A stretch of DNA of 10,168 bases, from positions 1 through 10,168 of the forward strand of contig JBBQPO010000230.1 of the NCBI GenBank assembly GCA_038217285.1, written 5' to 3'. Each line of letters opens with the position of its first letter. Within the stretch, counting starts at the first letter, position 1. The position numbers and the translations under genes are program-made. A model generated the notes under the pieces. The model searched no databases, was not told where the DNA came from, and saw only the letters and a list, made by a program, of their open reading frames with translations. This document shows, piece by piece, positions 6,382 through 10,168 of this stretch. This stretch comes from Chthonomonadales bacterium (GTDB lineage Bacteria > Armatimonadota > Chthonomonadetes > Chthonomonadales > Chthonomonadaceae).

Positions 6382-9087
6382 ATGCTCCAACGCCACTCCT
6401 CGCGGCGTACGCCGCTAAATCGATTCTTGGCCGACGCTCTGGAGGGGGCTACATCCTACGACCGGATCGCCGGGTACTTTTCGTCCTCTGTTCTGGAAAT
6501 CGCGGGGGAGGCGATAGAGCGGATCGACGGGAACGTCCGCATGGTCTGCAACTCTGATCTGGACCCTGCCGACGTTGCAACAGCCCGGTCTGCGGCGCTC
6601 GCGCTACGCCGTGAATGGAATGTCAGCCTCCCCGAAGACTTTCCTCCACCGCTGCAAACCCGTCTCGTCCGCCTCTATAAGCTGCTGAAGAGCGGTAAGT
6701 TGCAGGTGCGCGTTCTGCCGGACATCCGATTCGGCCTGATCCACGGTAAAGCGGGCGTGATTGCCAGGCAAGATGGCACGCAGCTTGCCTTTCTCGGCAG
6801 CGCGAACGAGAGCCGCAGCGCCTGGACGCGTAACTATGAGATAGTCTGGACGGACGACGCGCCCGAAAGCGTCTCCTGGGTGCAAGAGGAGTTCGAGGCG
6901 CTCTGGCGTGATCCGGCAGCCGTGCCGCTTGCCTCCGTCGTTATCGAAGAGATCGAACGTCTCTCTCGCCGCCGTGTCATCGCGCACCTGCCCGAATGGC
7001 GGGATGCGCCTGACCCCGATCCTGCTGCTCCCATCGTCGAACTGCCTGTCTATCGGCGCGAAAACGGGCTTTGGGCGCATCAGAAAGCCTTCATCAAACG
7101 AGCATTCGATGCGCACAGGGCGGGAGGGGCACGGTTCGTCCTTGCAGATCAGGTCGGATTAGGCAAGACCGTGCAGTTAGGGTTGGCGGCGAAACTGATG
7201 GCGCTTTCGGGCGACAAGCCCATTCTCATTTTGGCACCGCGTCCGTTGCTCGAACAGTGGCAGAACGAACTCTGGTCCCTGCTGGCCTTTCCCTCTGCCC
7301 GCTGGAATGGAAGACAGTGGATAGATGAAAACGGCATCGCCTATCCCGATGTTGGGGTAGAAGGTCTGCGCCGTTGTCCGCGTCGCGCCGGGATCGTGTC
7401 GACGGGCCTCATAAAGCGTCAGAGCGAGGGAGCCTCCCTTCTCACAACGCTGCGCTTTGAGTGCATCGTGGTGGATGAAGCCCATCATGCTCGTCGTCAA
7501 AACCTTGGTGAAGCGCGTCGTGATGAAGCCGCGAAGCCTAATAATCTCTTGAAGTTCCTTCTTCGTATCGCCCCACGAACCCGCAGTCTTCTTCTGGCAA
7601 CCGCGACTCCGGTTCAGCTCGATCCCATCGAAGCATGGGATTTGCTCTCTATACTTGCTGAAGGCAATGACGCCGTCCTTGGCGACCGATACAGCCCCTG
7701 GCGGCGGGAACCACGTCGCGCACTCGACCTTATCATGGGGCGCGCCGAATGGGACACGGTTATTGATCCTACGCTGTTCTGGGAATGGATACGTAATCCT
7801 CTGCCGCCATCTGCCGAAGGACGTGACTTTGCTGGTCTTCGCCGAACTCTTTCCGTGCCCGACTCTACCGCAGTCGTCGGCGGCGGCAATTACGCGAAAC
7901 TGCGCCCTCCTGACGTCCGCCGCCTTGAAGACCTTCAGTCCAGCCTGTTCCGAGATCACAACCCGTTTATCCGACATATCGTTCGCCGAACGCGGGAATA
8001 CCTGGAACAGACGACCGATCCTGCGACAGACGAACCTTACTTGCAGCCTGTTGCCGTCCGACTACACGGAGAGGGTGACACGGATGCGCTTGTCTTACCG
8101 GCCTTTCTAGACCAGGCGTATCGTCATGCCGAGGATTTTTGCCGGGAGGTCGGGCGTCGTCCCGGCCTCAATTCCGGCTTTCTCAAGACACTGTTGCTGC
8201 GTCGCGTTGGCAGCAGCATTGAAGCAGGCAGGCGCACGGCAGAGAAAATGCTCAGGACGCTGGAGGACGAGAACGAGGAAGCGAGCGAAGACGATACAGA
8301 GCGTTCTTCTGCACTCTACCCACTTGAACCTGCGGAACGCGCCGCTCTTCAAGCTTTTGCGGACGCACTGAAAGCCAATCAAGACGACGACCCAAAACTG
8401 TATGAAATCTTACGTACGCTGGAGAGCGGTTGGCTGCAGCGCGGTTGCATCATCTTCAGTCAATACTACGACTCGGCATTGTGGCTTGCAGGAAGGCTTT
8501 CGGAGCGATTTGGAGAAGAGACCATTGCGCTCTATGCGGGCGCATCCCGTTCCGGTGTTCTACGAAACGGCGAGTGGTCACCGCTCTCCCGTGAAGAGAT
8601 CAAGCGTCAGGTGCAGGCGGGGTTGATCCGCCTTATGATCGGCACTGATGCAGCGTCCGAGGGTCTGAACTTACAACGGCTGGGAACACTCATTAACCTC
8701 GACCTGCCCTGGAATCCGACTCGTCTGGAACAACGAAAGGGACGAATACAACGGATTGGGCAGATCAATGCCGCCGTGGACATATACAACTTGCGGTATC
8801 AGGGGTCCGTCGAAGATCGGGTTCATCAGTTGCTTTCAGAGCGGTTTGCGAATATCCACAGCCTGTTCGGACAGATTCCGGATACGTTAGAGGATGTCTG
8901 GGTAGAGGTTGCGCTTTCGGAAGAAGCGGAAGCAAGAAGGTTGATAGACGCAGTTCCGACTGCACACCCGTTTGAACTACGATACGATAGGATTGAGTCC
9001 GTAGACTGGGAGACATGCGCGACACCGCTTGCCGAAGCACCACAACTGGACGCTCTGCGTGAGGGCTGGATCGCTGCTTCCAGTTAA
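6382..9087 (+). CDS. Phospholipase-D-family nuclease fused to an SNF2-type SF2 helicase/translocase (putative restriction effector)
   Basis: 901-aa ORF. PLD region: 'YDRIAGYF', 'HGK' (6742-6750), 'GSAN' (6796-6807), 'NYE'. Helicase motifs: Walker A 'LADQVGLGKT' (7141-7170), Walker B 'DEAH' (7474-7485), III 'TATP', IV 'IIFSQY', V 'TDAASEGLNLQ', VI 'PWNPTRLEQRKGRIQRIGQ'. Ends TAA (9085-9087), followed by an in-frame TGA. Confidence 0.92.
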   Translation: MLQRHSSRRTPLNRFLADALEGATSYDRIAGYFSSSVLEIAGEAIERIDGNVRMVCNSDLDPADVATARSAALALRREWNVSLPEDFPPPLQTRLVRLYKLLKSGKLQVRVLPDIRFGLIHGKAGVIARQDGTQLAFLGSANESRSAWTRNYEIVWTDDAPESVSWVQEEFEALWRDPAAVPLASVVIEEIERLSRRRVIAHLPEWRDAPDPDPAAPIVELPVYRRENGLWAHQKAFIKRAFDAHRAGGARFVLADQVGLGKTVQLGLAAKLMALSGDKPILILAPRPLLEQWQNELWSLLAFPSARWNGRQWIDENGIAYPDVGVEGLRRCPRRAGIVSTGLIKRQSEGASLLTTLRFECIVVDEAHHARRQNLGEARRDEAAKPNNLLKFLLRIAPRTRSLLLATATPVQLDPIEAWDLLSILAEGNDAVLGDRYSPWRREPRRALDLIMGRAEWDTVIDPTLFWEWIRNPLPPSAEGRDFAGLRRTLSVPDSTAVVGGGNYAKLRPPDVRRLEDLQSSLFRDHNPFIRHIVRRTREYLEQTTDPATDEPYLQPVAVRLHGEGDTDALVLPAFLDQAYRHAEDFCREVGRRPGLNSGFLKTLLLRRVGSSIEAGRRTAEKMLRTLEDENEEASEDDTERSSALYPLEPAERAALQAFADALKANQDDDPKLYEILRTLESGWLQRGCIIFSQYYDSALWLAGRLSERFGEETIALYAGASRSGVLRNGEWSPLSREEIKRQVQAGLIRLMIGTDAASEGLNLQRLGTLINLDLPWNPTRLEQRKGRIQRIGQINAAVDIYNLRYQGSVEDRVHQLLSERFANIHSLFGQIPDTLEDVWVEVALSEEAEARRLIDAVPTAHPFELRYDRIESVDWETCATPLAEAPQLDALREGWIAASS

Positions 9088-9239
9088 TGAATTGTGATCT
9101 AACCAGAATGTGCGAGTACGCCTACAAGAAGGAAACCAGCGCCGTGACGTGGAAAGGCGCAGAGGTCGAGGAGAGTTCGGTCCGCATGCGAGAGGGTCTG
9201 ATCGGTCTCCGAAGACGACGCTATTTAGAGAGCAGGAAC

Positions 9240-9247
9240 GGGAAGAG
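9240..9247 (+). promoter_or_regulatory. Possible ribosome-binding site for acs
   Basis: Purine-rich GGGAAGAG lies 5 nt before ATG 9253; it is an imperfect Shine-Dalgarno match. Confidence 0.4.
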
Positions 9248-9252
9248 TAGAC

Positions 9253-10168
9253 ATGAATACCGATTCGAAGGCGACGGGGAATGAGTGGCAGCAGGATATC
9301 AGCTTTCCGCCGCCGCAGGAGTTTGCAGCGCAGGCCAATGCCACCGACCCCGGCGTCTACGCGCGGGCGGCGGAGGATTACGAGGGCTACTGGGCGGAGT
9401 GGGCGCGCGAACTGGAGTGGTCGCAGCCCTGGCATACCGTGCTGGAGTGGAAGCCTCCGCATGCGAAGTGGTTTCTGGGCGGCAAGCTCAACGTCAGCGT
9501 CAACTGCATCGACCGCCACCTCCACGGGCCGCGCGCCGCGAAGCCCGCCATTGTCTGGGAGGGCGAGCCGGGCGATCAGCGTGTCCTGACCTATGCGGAG
9601 CTCTCCGTCGAAGTCAATAAGTTCGCCAATGTCCTTAAGAAGCTGGGCGTCGTCAAGGGCGACCGGGTGACGCTCTATATGCCGATGGTGCCTGAAGCCG
9701 CCATAGCGATGCTCGCCTGCACCCGTATCGGCGCGATCCATGCCGTGGTGTTCGGCGGCTTCTCCGCCGAGAGCCTCGAAGAGCGCACCAATGACTGCGG
9801 CTCCAAAGTCGTCATCACGGCGGACGGCTACTGGCGGCGTGGCAGCATCATTCCGCTCAAAAATACGACAGATGAGGCCGTGCGCGGCTGTCCTACCGTG
9901 CAGACCGTCATCGTGCTGCGGCGCATCGGCGCGACCGCCGAGATCGAGATGCAGTCCGGGCGCGACCATTTCTGGCACGACCTGATGGCGGAGGAGAGCG
10001 CTTTCTGTCCTGCGGAAGAGATGGACGCCGAAGACCCGCTCTATATCCTCTACACCTCGGGCAGCACCGGCAAACCCAAGGGGATTCTCCACACCACCGG
10101 CGGCTATCTCACCGGCGTTTTCGCCACCACAAAATATGTCTTCGACATCAAAGAGAGCGATCTCTACT
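9253..10168 (+). CDS. acs: Acetyl-CoA synthetase (acetate--CoA ligase), 3'-truncated by the window edge
   Basis: Not in the ORF track because there is no stop in the window. Manual translation from ATG 9253: [30 protein letters not shown]...[16 protein letters not shown]...AIVWEGEPG...[37 protein letters not shown]...VITADG.WRRG...[29 protein letters not shown]-binding signature at 10051-10083. An in-frame TAG shortly upstream fixes this ATG as the earliest start. Confidence 0.95.
   Translation, partial: MNTDSKATGNEWQQDISFPPPQEFAAQANATDPGVYARAAEDYEGYWAEWARELEWSQPWHTVLEWKPPHAKWFLGGKLNVSVNCIDRHLHGPRAAKPAIVWEGEPGDQRVLTYAELSVEVNKFANVLKKLGVVKGDRVTLYMPMVPEAAIAMLACTRIGAIHAVVFGGFSAESLEERTNDCGSKVVITADGYWRRGSIIPLKNTTDEAVRGCPTVQTVIVLRRIGATAEIEMQSGRDHFWHDLMAEESAFCPAEEMDAEDPLYILYTSGSTGKPKGILHTTGGYLTGVFATTKYVFDIKESDLY

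Larger units (their letters stand above)
1..9087 (+). other. Four-gene restriction-like anti-phage operon (DUF499 ATPase, DUF3780, DUF1156 MTase, PLD-SNF2); left end outside the window
   Basis: Co-directional genes with gaps of +11, -4 (ATGA) and +7 nt. The domain set and order match the 'restriction-like' system of Gao et al. 2020 as I recall it. Confidence 0.85.

Noticed and set aside
6604-7977. Minus-strand ORFs of 170 aa (6604-7116) and 266 aa (7177-7977)
   Set aside because: Both lie entirely antisense to the motif-rich PLD-SNF2 gene and have no recognisable domains.
1-9087. Assignment as classical BREX, DISARM or Type III RM
   Set aside because: No PglZ phosphatase, BrxL, DrmA/DrmB or Mod/Res-type genes are visible in the window. 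The DUF499/DUF3780/DUF1156/PLD-SNF2 set fits the restriction-like system better.
9090-9111. CRP-like site upstream of acs (AATTGTGATCTAACCAGAATGT)
   Set aside because: The left half matches TGTGA-TCTA, but at the required 6-nt spacing the right half is CAGAA, not TCACA. A half-site alone is insufficient and the host taxon is unknown.
9139-9160. Inverted repeat GCGCC-N12-GGCGC as a terminator
   Set aside because: It has only a 5-bp stem, a large loop and no U-tract.
9281-9985. Short + strand ORFs (9281-9589, 9285-9620, 9740-9985)
   Set aside because: These are alternative frames within acs with the R/S/P/A-rich composition typical of off-frame GC-rich sequence.
8977-10092. 371-aa minus-strand ORF
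   Set aside because: It is an antisense shadow of the GC-rich acs gene, with no independent motifs, and it would also overlap the SNF2 3' end.
1-10168. CRISPR arrays, tRNA/rRNA, transposases, integrases, tandem repeats
   Set aside because: None were seen by eye. The window is almost entirely coding and the only sizeable spacer is 165 nt.

Overview
Positions 1-9087 hold a tightly packed four-gene + strand operon: a 5'-truncated DUF499-type ATPase (BrxC/PglY-related), a DUF3780 protein, a DUF1156-type amino-DNA methyltransferase and a PLD-nuclease/SNF2-helicase fusion. From memory, this gene set and order match the 'restriction-like' anti-phage system of Gao et al. 2020 (DefenseFinder Gao_RL). 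The system type is therefore probably not new, although I know of no resolved mechanism for it. This copy has unusual details. The methyltransferase catalytic motif reads DPAY instead of DPPY and lies in a sharply AT-richer patch. The methyltransferase also carries a ~110-aa helical segment that looks like an insertion, and DUF3780 has a tail with a weak clamp-binding-like motif. After a 165-bp spacer, a GC-richer acetyl-CoA synthetase gene (acs, 9253 to the window end, absent from the ORF track) marks the probable return to core genome. All family assignments come from motif recognition, not database searches.
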